The position numbers and the translations under genes were made by a program. 64,000 nt of DNA from an uncultured bacterium. GTDB lineage: Bacteria; Muiribacteriota; Ozemobacteria; Ozemobacterales; Ozemobacteraceae. The stretch spans positions 1,163-65,162 of the forward strand of contig CAZADH010000002.1 in NCBI GenBank assembly GCA_964483805.1. The letters run 5' to 3'. The notes below the pieces were generated by a model. The model made no database searches. It was not told the DNA's origin and saw nothing but the letters and a program-made list of their open reading frames with translations. Positions 10,118 through 18,671 of this stretch are shown one piece after another; position 1 is the stretch's first letter, and the number at the start of each line of letters is the position of its first letter.

Positions 10118-11270
10118 CATGACGACGAAACGCCCGCCCGCTCCTCGACGAACCGCATCGACTCCGGCCCGGAGCACGCCCCGCCGCGCCACCCAACCCC
10201 GGCCGGCGCCGGCCGCCCTCGACCGCCCCGGCTCGGTGGCCGCCCAGGCCCACGAAATGCTGATGCGACGCCGCGACGCGGTGGCCGCCGAACTGCAGCG
10301 CATCCTGGCGCAATGGGATGCCGAGGCCGTTCACGATCTGCGGGTGGCCTGCCGCCGCATGCGGTCGGCCTTGCGTGTTTTCGGCCCCCTGTATGAGCCT
10401 GGGGCCACCCGGCAGCTCGATCGTGGTCTGCGCCGCTTCATGCGCAAGTTCAACGGCCTGCGCGACCTCGATGTGCAGCTCGAGAACTGGGTCGAGTTGG
10501 CCGATGGGGCGCCGCGCGGGCTGCACGCCGATCTGCACCGCATCCACCGGGCGATGACGGCCGAGAAGGCCCAACTCGATCGGGAACTGCGGCAGGTCAT
10601 CACCGCCGAACCGCCACCGCTCGAGCTCCCGCCACGGGTGGGACCAAGGGGATCGGCCGCAGGTGCTTTGGCGCGGCTCCCGTTTGCCAGCGCGGCCGGG
10701 CGATTGCTCGACGGCGAGGTGCGCGAGTGCGCGGCGCGGGCCCGGGCGATCGACTGGCGCGACCCGGTGGCATCGATCGCGCCGTTGCATGCGTGGCGCA
10801 TCCAGGTGAAGCGGCTGCGGTACGGCATCGAGCATTGCAGCGAGCAACTGGGAAAGCTGGCGAAACCGCTGCTGACCTCGCTCAAGAGCCTGCAGGATGC
10901 CCTGGGCCACACCCACGATGACGACGTTTTTGCCGAACAGGTCATCGGTCGGTTGAAAGCACAAGAGAAGGCACGGTACCGCGGGGTGCGCGACGCCATC
11001 GCCGGCCTGCGCTGGCCCGACCCCGATGCCCGCGCCGTCTATGCTCTGGCCCATCGCGACGAGGTCGACGACACGGCCGCGTTGCTGTTTTTGCTGCAGC
11101 GACTGACCGAGCGACGCGCCATTCATGCCGCCCGCGTTCGCGTATTGCAGATGACCTGGCTGTCGACCGCGAACCTGACCGGCCTGCGACAGTGGTTCGC
11201 GAGCGGCAACTGCCCGGTGGTGTGGCGGCGGCTTCTTGCCGATGAATTAACCGGGTCGTCGTCGCGGTGA
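10118..11270 (+). CDS. CHAD domain protein
   Basis: Conserved-histidine alpha-helical repeats (HDLRVACRRMRSALRVF, LRDLDVQLE, WRIQVKRLRYGIE) are typical of CHAD. Start taken at ATG 10118 (MTTKRPP). Confidence 0.7.
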
Positions 11271-11354
11271 ACCACCGCCTGATCGTGCCGGTCATGCGAA
11301 CCACGCGCCGAGACCCGAGGTCCAACGACGCTGCGCTTTTCGGGAGAGAATGCG

Positions 11355-12065
11355 ATGCCGGAACCGGTCCTGATCGAAATGGCACGACATCCCCACGCTG
11401 ATCTGCCTCTTGCCGACGTCTCGCTGCGCACCGCCGGGCGCAGCGGCAACGGCGCCGTACGTGCGGCCGGCACCGACGGTCTGGCCTTGCATGCCGCCCA
11501 ACGACTGCTCGTCGATCTGGGCCCCGATGTCGCCGAGCACTGTCAGCACGTGGCCCGGCTGTCACTGGCCCTGTTCGACGGTCTGCAGCCCTTGCACCGG
11601 CTCGATGAAGAAACCCGCGTCGAACTGGCGTGCGCCGCGTTGCTGCACGACATCGGCGTGGCGGTTGCTGCCAACCGCCATCACAAACACCGCCGCGACC
11701 TGATCATGCAGCGGTTCTGGGTCGTTCCCGAGGAGCGCCGCCGCCGCATCGCGTTGATCGCCCGGTATCATCGCAAGGCACTGCCGGACAAAAGACATAC
11801 ATTGTATGACATTCTCAGCAAAACCGAGCGGCACGCGGTCTGGACCGCTCTGGGCTGCCTGCGCATCGCCGACGGACTCGACCGCACCCACCGCGCCCTG
11901 GCGCGCGGAGTTCACGTGGCAATTCTGCCCAAGAGCCTCGAGATTCGGGTCGATCTGCCGCTGGCCGGCCGCGAAGAACTGGCCGTTGCCAGAATGAAGG
12001 CCGACGGCCTGGCCACGCATTTCAAGCGCAGCGTGACGATCACGCACGCCGACCGCAACACGTAG
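11355..12065 (+). CDS. HD domain protein (Ppx/GppA C-terminal-like HD)
   Basis: LLHDIGVAV HD motif and RYHRK. GGGAGAGAA SD before the ATG. Directly downstream of the CHAD gene. Confidence 0.7.
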   Translation: MPEPVLIEMARHPHADLPLADVSLRTAGRSGNGAVRAAGTDGLALHAAQRLLVDLGPDVAEHCQHVARLSLALFDGLQPLHRLDEETRVELACAALLHDIGVAVAANRHHKHRRDLIMQRFWVVPEERRRRIALIARYHRKALPDKRHTLYDILSKTERHAVWTALGCLRIADGLDRTHRALARGVHVAILPKSLEIRVDLPLAGREELAVARMKADGLATHFKRSVTITHADRNT

Positions 12066-12103
12066 GGGCCGTTCGCGAACGGCCCTTACGTGTTGCGGTC
12101 GGC
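12048..12103. terminator. 56-bp near-perfect palindrome (27/28-bp arms around GTTCGCGAAC) between convergent genes; bidirectional terminator candidate
   Basis: gccgaccgcaacacgtaggggccgttcgc | gcgaacggcccttacgtgttgcggtcggc, one mismatch. It overlaps the HD gene stop (12063-12065) and lies 9 nt from the DUF2089 stop. No clear U-tract. Confidence 0.4.
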
Positions 12104-12111
12104 CCCGACGA

Positions 12112-12573
12112 TTATTCGCGATCGGCGGGGCGGTTGTCGCCGCGCAACAGGCGGGCGGCCTCATCGACGGTGATTTCGCGGTTGCGCACGCGTTGCAGGA
12201 CCGCCAGCGGGTCGGGCCGTGGTGCCGGCGCGGCGAGCGCTTGAAACATCGATTCGATGCGCTGTCGCACCGTCGGATATGACAACCCCAGCGACCGCTG
12301 CACATCTTTGAGATTGCCGCGTGCTTCGAGAAACAGGTTGAACAACCGACGCATCTCACCCTCGAGACGACACCCCGGGCACAAGGAATAGCGCCCCTGC
12401 ACCGCGGTGCCGCACGCGGCACATTCGAGCTTCACGACAACGAGACCGGCATTGCACGACGGGCAGCGCGACGGCACATCGGCCGAGGTCTCAGCGTGCG
12501 CTGGGTGGTCGTGATGAAAGTGCTCGTCGTGGGGCGATCGGCGCTCACCCCCGCGTTCGCCCGGGCTGCTCAT
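12112..12573 (-). CDS. DUF2089 protein (C4 zinc ribbon + HTH)
   Basis: CPSCNAGL..CAACG zinc ribbon followed by an HTH-like region (NLKDVQRSLGLSYPTVRQRIE). ATGA start/stop overlap with the upstream gene. Confidence 0.75.
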   Translation of the reverse strand: MSSPGERGGERRSPHDEHFHHDHPAHAETSADVPSRCPSCNAGLVVVKLECAACGTAVQGRYSLCPGCRLEGEMRRLFNLFLEARGNLKDVQRSLGLSYPTVRQRIESMFQALAAPAPRPDPLAVLQRVRNREITVDEAARLLRGDNRPADRE

Positions 12574-13622
12574 ACCGCTTCACCACCACCGGGGTTCTGA
12601 CTGTCCGCGCTTCCAGCGGGGTTGGCGGTGCTTTGGGCGGCCGTGGCCGTTTCGCGATCGATGCGCACGAACCCGCCCATCGTCTTCAACTGCAGGGTGG
12701 TGGCCGGGTTGCCGTCGCCCACGAGCACCGTCGCCTTGCGGGGCATCAGCCCGCGATGGTAGGTGATGCGCCCGACCTCGGGCCCGGCCTCGATGGCGCC
12801 GCCCATGGTCACCGCGCGAATCTCACCATTGGCCCCCGGCGCCACGGCCACGCGAATGTTGCCGCCCATGGTGTGGGCGCGACACTCCCCTTGCCAATCT
12901 GGCGCCAGGCCGATCTCGAGGTTGCCGCCCATCGTCTTGGCCTCGAAGGTCTTGCTCATGTTGCGCAGATGCAGGTTCCCGCCCATCGTGCGGAGTTTGA
13001 CCGCCGTCGGCACGCCGACGACATAGATCGAACCGGCCTGCATGGTTGCCCGCACGCGGGCCACCGAGGGCGGCACTTTAACGGTCAGGCTCTCATCGTC
13101 GGTGACGATGTGAATGCGGCGCCGGCCTTTGAATACTTTGTATGCACGCGGATGTCCGGCCACGATCTCGCATTGGTCACCGACGGCACCCAGCAACTCG
13201 AGCCGGCCGGCGTCGGTGATGCCGGGGCGACGCCGCACGCGGATGGTCAGGTCGAACCCGTTCTCGATGGTGAGTCGGCCCTCGGTCAGTCGCAACTCTT
13301 CGAGGTCGTTCTCGTCTTCGCGGTCGCCATCGGCATCGCCGTCTTCATTGAACCCGATCGTCGTCGGAATGTTGGCCAGCGAGTCGTGAATGATGTCACT
13401 GACCATCGGGCCGATCCCCGAGAGCATATCGTTGAGCGCCGAGAACGGCCCGAACCCGGGCCGACCGCCGCGATTCGGGTCGGCGCCCGGCAGCGGACCA
13501 CCGGTGTCGGCGGTGCGCTTCTGTTCGCCCTCGTTGAGGGCCTTGAGCAGGCGTTCGGCCTCATCGACGGTAATGACCTTGTCGGCCAGCATCTTCAGGA
13601 TCTCACGGCGTTCGTCACTCAT
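12570..13622 (-). CDS. DUF4097-like beta-repeat protein (LiaG-like putative adhesin fold) with SHOCT-like N-terminus
   Basis: Internal repeats TMGGNLHL / TMGGNLEI / TMGGNIRV / TMGGAIEA / TMGGFVRI. N-terminal ILKMLADKVITVDEAERLLKAL motif. AAGGGAG SD 6 nt before ATG 13622. Confidence 0.65.
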   Translation of the reverse strand: MSDERREILKMLADKVITVDEAERLLKALNEGEQKRTADTGGPLPGADPNRGGRPGFGPFSALNDMLSGIGPMVSDIIHDSLANIPTTIGFNEDGDADGDREDENDLEELRLTEGRLTIENGFDLTIRVRRRPGITDAGRLELLGAVGDQCEIVAGHPRAYKVFKGRRRIHIVTDDESLTVKVPPSVARVRATMQAGSIYVVGVPTAVKLRTMGGNLHLRNMSKTFEAKTMGGNLEIGLAPDWQGECRAHTMGGNIRVAVAPGANGEIRAVTMGGAIEAGPEVGRITYHRGLMPRKATVLVGDGNPATTLQLKTMGGFVRIDRETATAAQSTANPAGSADSQNPGGGEAV

Positions 13623-13690
13623 GATCGGCTCCCTTCGACATTTCGGTTGGGCAGCGAAGATGTCTCGCTGCTCGATCGCGTCACAATCAT

Positions 13691-13719
13691 TTTATAATCC
13701 TTTCTTTCGCTTTTGTCAA
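13691..13719 (-). promoter_or_regulatory. sigma70-like promoter TTGACA-17-TATAAA for the DUF4097-DUF2089 operon
   Basis: On the minus strand, the -35 is the rc of 13714-13719 and the -10 is the rc of 13691-13696, with an exact 17-nt spacer. It lies in an AT-rich divergent intergenic region (13680-13760) and gives a ~60-nt leader. Confidence 0.5.
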
Positions 13720-13869
13720 CACTGCTTTCTATTTTAGAAACGTCGCAAACATTATTGTCGTGCGGCAGGCATGACGGGCGGGGCGCGGGCAACTCGTGTC
13801 TCCACGGGCGAGAGGGCAGGTTTCTGCCCGGGTCACACGGCCACCCGGTGTGATATCTTCGAAACTGTC

Positions 13870-14580
13870 ATGTCGACGATGCCGCTCAAAACAGACCACG
13901 ACCACCGACGTCGTGGCGCCACGGTCGTACAATGCACGATCGCGCTCCTGGTGTTGCTGTTGCTGGGCGTCGCCGGCTTGATTGCCTTCGGTGGTGACAC
14001 CCGCGCGGGCCGTTTTCTCGGGCAAGAACTGGCGAGTTTCTGCTCCGGCAAAGGGAAGGCGCGCGCCGAGCGCCATTACCGCGAGCGACTCGAGTCGTTT
14101 GGCGTGACCCCGGCCGGGGCGCTTCCGGAGGTGCTGGTCAAGAAACGCGAGCATCTTTGCCTGCTGCTCGACCGGGGTCGCGTGCTGGCGACGTTTCCGA
14201 TCGCACTCGGGGCCAACCCGGTCGGTCAGAAAGAAACGATCGATGACAGCCGCACGCCCGAGGGCAGCTACCAGATCTGCTACAAGAAAGAGAACAGCCG
14301 GTATCACCTGTTCATCGGACTCTCGTATCCCTCACCGACAGACGCGGCACGCGCCTTTTCTGCCGGCCGGATCACCGCTTCCGAGAGCGAGGCGATTCTC
14401 GACGCGGCGCTCAACCACCAACGGCCACCCTGGAACACCGCGCTGGGCGGCCCGTTTGGCCTGCACGGTTTTGGCGCCGGCAACGACTGGACCGAAGGAA
14501 CGATCGCCATGGCCAACGGCCACATCGAGGAGCTTTACTGGAACCTGCCAATGGGTACCCGGGTGACGGTGGTGCCGTAG
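13870..14580 (+). CDS. L,D-transpeptidase (YkuD)-fold protein with catalytic Cys replaced by Thr
   Basis: FGLHGFGAGNDWTEGTIAMANGHIEELYWNLPMGTRVTV aligns to the YkuD core YGIHGT..SKGCIRM..IEL..GTRVTI, with Cys->Thr and Arg->Ala. N-terminal TM/signal. Start taken at ATG 13870. Confidence 0.6.
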   Translation: MSTMPLKTDHDHRRRGATVVQCTIALLVLLLLGVAGLIAFGGDTRAGRFLGQELASFCSGKGKARAERHYRERLESFGVTPAGALPEVLVKKREHLCLLLDRGRVLATFPIALGANPVGQKETIDDSRTPEGSYQICYKKENSRYHLFIGLSYPSPTDAARAFSAGRITASESEAILDAALNHQRPPWNTALGGPFGLHGFGAGNDWTEGTIAMANGHIEELYWNLPMGTRVTVVP

Positions 14581-14702
14581 CCTCCGATGGAGATTCGACG
14601 GGCGCCCGCCGGTCGCCTGTGCTAGACTGTTCTTCGAGCCTGACGCCACGCAGTGGCGAGCGGCGCCAAAATGTATTTATGAAGTGTTACGGAGACACCG
14701 CC

Positions 14703-15764
14703 ATGTTCTATCCTCGTACCCGACTGTTCATGCTGGCTCTTTCGGTCGCAGCTCTCGTCGCATCGTGTCTGACGACGGGTTGCGCGCAGCGTCCTGACGC
14801 CAACCCGGCCGGCGCCGACGCGATTGCCGCGACGCCCGCCCCGACCGCAACGGTCAATTTCAGCGTCCAGATCGACCCGCCATCGGCAAACCCTGGGGCC
14901 ACGATTCGGGCGGCCACCGGGGTTCAGGTCACATTCACGCTCGTCACCATCAACACCAGCGATCCCAACCGCAGCACCACCACGCAGGTGCAGACGGTCA
15001 ACACCACGACGGGGGGAAGCGCCACCGCAGCGTTCACCAATGTTCCCATTCAGCCGTGTCTGGCCTATATCTGGGTCGAGGGTGGCACCATCAGCACGTT
15101 CTCGCGGTTCCACGGCGCCGCGGATCTCGTCGCAGGTAATAATACCGTAATAGTGCAGCCGGTCGGCTCGAAGTTCAGCCGCGATGTCGAGGCACAAGCG
15201 TTGATCGACGTTCTCAACAACGCAACCACCCGGACCCACATCAACCAGGGCGTGGTCGCCACCACACGCGCCCTGGTCGCCGGGCTCAGCCGCCAGTCGA
15301 CGACCGTTTACAGCACTGCCGCCGCCCAATTGGCCCAGCAACTGGGCGCTGCCGGCACGACGCCGACGGCGGGCACCAGCCTGTTGGCCGTGTCGCAGGT
15401 GAAGGCCCAGATCAACGGAGTGGCGACGTTGCTCAACAGCACCGACTACACGCCGGGCGTGCCGTATTCGGCAGCAACCTTCACGGTCACGTTCAATTCG
15501 CCGCTGGCCGCTGTGCCCACGAACTTCACGGTCAAGGTGCGCAACGAAGATGCCGGCAGTACCACCACCCTGACCGCGACCAGCGGCATTAGCCACATGA
15601 GCATCGATGGCCCCGGCACGACGCTGACGATCATGGTCGGGTCGGGGCGCCTCGCCATCAACAAGCGCTACACCATCACGCTGCAAGGCGGCGTCATTCA
15701 ACCACAGACGGGGCCGACCACGGCAATGTCGGCGGCATACCGGTTCCAGACGGGTTTGAACTGA
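14703..15764 (+). CDS. Thr/Ala-rich lipoprotein
   Basis: Signal peptide with lipobox (LVASCLTTGC). GGAG SD 8 nt before ATG 14703. No recognisable domain. Confidence 0.6.
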   Translation: MFYPRTRLFMLALSVAALVASCLTTGCAQRPDANPAGADAIAATPAPTATVNFSVQIDPPSANPGATIRAATGVQVTFTLVTINTSDPNRSTTTQVQTVNTTTGGSATAAFTNVPIQPCLAYIWVEGGTISTFSRFHGAADLVAGNNTVIVQPVGSKFSRDVEAQALIDVLNNATTRTHINQGVVATTRALVAGLSRQSTTVYSTAAAQLAQQLGAAGTTPTAGTSLLAVSQVKAQINGVATLLNSTDYTPGVPYSAATFTVTFNSPLAAVPTNFTVKVRNEDAGSTTTLTATSGISHMSIDGPGTTLTIMVGSGRLAINKRYTITLQGGVIQPQTGPTTAMSAAYRFQTGLN

Positions 15765-15800
15765 CCGAAGCGCCTTGACATCGGCCGCCTACCGACGACC

Positions 15801-18662
15801 ATGACCCCATGGTCCGCCACGCGGTTTGCAGCGATGTGCCTGGTGTTTTTCGGGGTGCCGGTGGTGCTCATCTGCCTCGCGTCGAACCAGGTCTGGCGCG
15901 AAATCGAGCAACAGCGACTCGATCGGTTGTTTGCCCGTTTCGACCATGCTTTCGGCGAAATCGTTCCACACGCCGACACGGTCCGGTTTATGAACACGTT
16001 CTTCCGCGAGCTCACCGTGCGTGTGCCGCACAGCGACAATCCGCGTGCGAAGTTGCAGCGCCTGCTCGCGCACGCGAAGCGGCGGTTCCCCGGCATGTTC
16101 ACCATGACCTTCGTCGACTGGCGGGGCAACGTCGATGGCGAACTGAGCGATGGCCAACCTCCCCGCACGGTGTTGAAGCGACTTGCCGCGTTCTTTCGCG
16201 ACTGGACAGACAACAAGAAACCCAGTCGCCAGGACGAGGTCCTGTTTCGCGGATTCTATGGGCCAATGGTCGACATCGCCAAGATCAACCCCGACCGGTT
16301 CGAGTCGGTCAACTACAAACTCGATCGCGCCTACGCGTTCACCCACTCATTCGCCAACCTTGGCCTGCTCATCGTCCACCTGAACCACACCCCCGATTTT
16401 GAACGACGCGGCATGGTCGACCGGGTTGCCGCGTTCAATCGTCGATCCAAGTCGCTCGCGATTGCTCTCTTCGATGCCGAAGAGCCGATCGCCTCGGTGA
16501 GCCAACGCCTCAATTTGCCGGGTGTCGACTTCGGCCAGATCTATCCGCGCCTGGACTCGACGACCTCTGGCAGTTATTGCCACGAGGGGCGCTGGTTTGC
16601 GGCGCGCATGGCGCTGCCAACGGTCCTGGTCATTGCCACAGCCATGGGCCCCAGCAATCGGGATGTCGAGCGCGAGCGCCTCGCAGTGGTGGCGGTCCTG
16701 CTGTTGTCTTTCACCGTGCTCACGATCATGTCGTGGCTCATTGCCACCGGTCGCTGGACCATCTACATCTCGATTCGCGCCAAACTGGTGCTGCTGTTTC
16801 TCTACGCCGCTTTTTTACCGCTGGCCTTCATGAGCACCACCGCGTACAACTACCTGCGCGAGCGACGGGTCACGCTCGAGCGTCAGACCTCACTCGATGT
16901 CGAACAGGGCCTGAAGCTATTCGACGCCAAGTTCCCTCAGTTGATCGGCCATCATCAACGCACCTTACGCGACACGCTCGGTCGGCCGTACGACTCGCGA
17001 CGCCCGCTGCTCGAGGCCGCCAGCGATCGGGTGTCACGTCTCTGTCGTCTGCTGAAGACGCGTCACGCCACGATCTACGATCCAAAGGGTGACGTGCGCT
17101 GGTCACTCAAAGCGCCCGGCCCCAAAGCACGCGTGAACGACAAGATGATGCGCCAGGTGGCCGTCAATACAATCCGCACGATGAACAACGATGACGCCGA
17201 TCCGACCGCAGTGACCCAGCATCCGGTGTCGCAATTCTACGGCGCGGTGGCCGGTCTCGATCTCGACGTTTTGTATTCACAACTCACACGCAACCTGGGG
17301 CGGATCACCGAGTTTCGCCTTCCGGGCGACGCCACGTTCCAGTTCCTTTTCCCGATTCTCGGGCCGGACGGACGGGCCGAGTATCTGCTCGTCCTGGGCT
17401 GGCGACGCACCGACCTGGCGCGCATCTATATCAAACGTTGTCTGTTGGCCGCCGGCCGACGCATACCGCATACCGAGATGTGCGCGGTCGACCAGTTCAG
17501 CCGACAGTATGATTTTCCACCCAACTACCGCTACAGCGGCTGGATCGAACCACTGCTCATGCGCTTGCGTGACAATGCTCCGGCCGTTCGTGCCACGCTC
17601 CGACGCGACGGCCGTTCGTGGCTGCTGACCGGCATGCGCGGCCAGGAACTGCCAGACCACTCGCTCGTCGCCGTCACCGGCGATCATGAAATCCGCGCCG
17701 AAATCGGCGTCCTGCGCTGGCAGTTCGGCTTTGGGGCGGTGCTTCTGGTGCTGGTCAGCGCCACGGTCGGCAGTCTGCTCGCCCAGAGTTTTCTCGAACC
17801 GGTCCGCCACCTGACTCTTGGCATTTCGGCTTTGCACGACCGCCGCTTTTCAGACCGGGTGCCGGTTCTCGACCGCGACGAACTGGGCGACCTGGCGGCC
17901 ACCTTCAACACGATGATGGAAGGTCTCGAAGATCTCGAGGTGGCCCGCATCGTTCAAGAAAGCCTGTTCCCGACCGAACCGCTCACCTTTGGCACCGGCG
18001 CGATCTATGGTTCGTGCCTGCCCGCCAGTGAGGTCGGTGGTGATTACTACGACTATTTCATGGCCGACAACAGCAACCTGGTCATCCTCATCGGCGACGT
18101 CAGCGGCCACGGTGTCGGCGCCGCGATGGTCATGGCCATGGCCAAAGCGCTCGTGGCGCACCTCACCGCCGAAGGAACCGACCCCTCACGCATCCTGAAC
18201 GAACTCAACCGACTCTTCTTGACCCTGCTCAAACGCAAGAAGATGATGAGCTGCTTCTTCGCTTTCCTCGATCTGCGCACGCTCGCATTGCACTCGAGCA
18301 ACGCCGGTCACAATTTCCCCTACCTGTTGCGCAAGGGCCACATCGAGTCGTTGTCGACGGCCGGCTTCCCGTTGGGAACCCGCGCCAAGGCCGCGTATCC
18401 GACGACCACCGTGGCCCTGCAACCCGGCGACACGATTCTGTTCTACACCGACGGACTGGTCGAAGCGATTGCCCGTCATGGCGGTCAGATCGGCTACGAG
18501 GCGCTGGAAAGCGCGCTGCCGGCAATGATCGGCGCCACCCCCGGCGCGACCGAACGCAGCATTCGCACCTGGCACCGCGATCTGGCGGCAGCCGGCCCCC
18601 AGGCCGACGACATTTCGGTGGTCATCCTGCAACTGCACGCGGCGCCGACACCGGCCGCATAG
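15801..18662 (+). CDS. membrane sensor PP2C (SpoIIE/RsbU-type) serine phosphatase with HAMP; same sensor module as the cyclases
   Basis: C-terminal GGDYYDYF..LIGDVSGHGVGAAMVMA and FYTDGLVEA PP2C motifs. HAMP-like FNTMMEGLEDLE. Multi-TM N-terminal architecture parallels cyc1-4. Confidence 0.85.
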   Translation: MTPWSATRFAAMCLVFFGVPVVLICLASNQVWREIEQQRLDRLFARFDHAFGEIVPHADTVRFMNTFFRELTVRVPHSDNPRAKLQRLLAHAKRRFPGMFTMTFVDWRGNVDGELSDGQPPRTVLKRLAAFFRDWTDNKKPSRQDEVLFRGFYGPMVDIAKINPDRFESVNYKLDRAYAFTHSFANLGLLIVHLNHTPDFERRGMVDRVAAFNRRSKSLAIALFDAEEPIASVSQRLNLPGVDFGQIYPRLDSTTSGSYCHEGRWFAARMALPTVLVIATAMGPSNRDVERERLAVVAVLLLSFTVLTIMSWLIATGRWTIYISIRAKLVLLFLYAAFLPLAFMSTTAYNYLRERRVTLERQTSLDVEQGLKLFDAKFPQLIGHHQRTLRDTLGRPYDSRRPLLEAASDRVSRLCRLLKTRHATIYDPKGDVRWSLKAPGPKARVNDKMMRQVAVNTIRTMNNDDADPTAVTQHPVSQFYGAVAGLDLDVLYSQLTRNLGRITEFRLPGDATFQFLFPILGPDGRAEYLLVLGWRRTDLARIYIKRCLLAAGRRIPHTEMCAVDQFSRQYDFPPNYRYSGWIEPLLMRLRDNAPAVRATLRRDGRSWLLTGMRGQELPDHSLVAVTGDHEIRAEIGVLRWQFGFGAVLLVLVSATVGSLLAQSFLEPVRHLTLGISALHDRRFSDRVPVLDRDELGDLAATFNTMMEGLEDLEVARIVQESLFPTEPLTFGTGAIYGSCLPASEVGGDYYDYFMADNSNLVILIGDVSGHGVGAAMVMAMAKALVAHLTAEGTDPSRILNELNRLFLTLLKRKKMMSCFFAFLDLRTLALHSSNAGHNFPYLLRKGHIESLSTAGFPLGTRAKAAYPTTTVALQPGDTILFYTDGLVEAIARHGGQIGYEALESALPAMIGATPGATERSIRTWHRDLAAAGPQADDISVVILQLHAAPTPAA

Positions 18663-18671
18663 CAAACCATT

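Noticed and set aside
9702-10303. Upstream 200 codons of the track ORF 6665..10303
   Set aside because: The ATG at 9701 is followed directly by the signal/TM region typical of the paralogues. The upstream part is low-complexity and overlaps a divergent promoter region with a recognisable sigma70 promoter for the CHAD gene.
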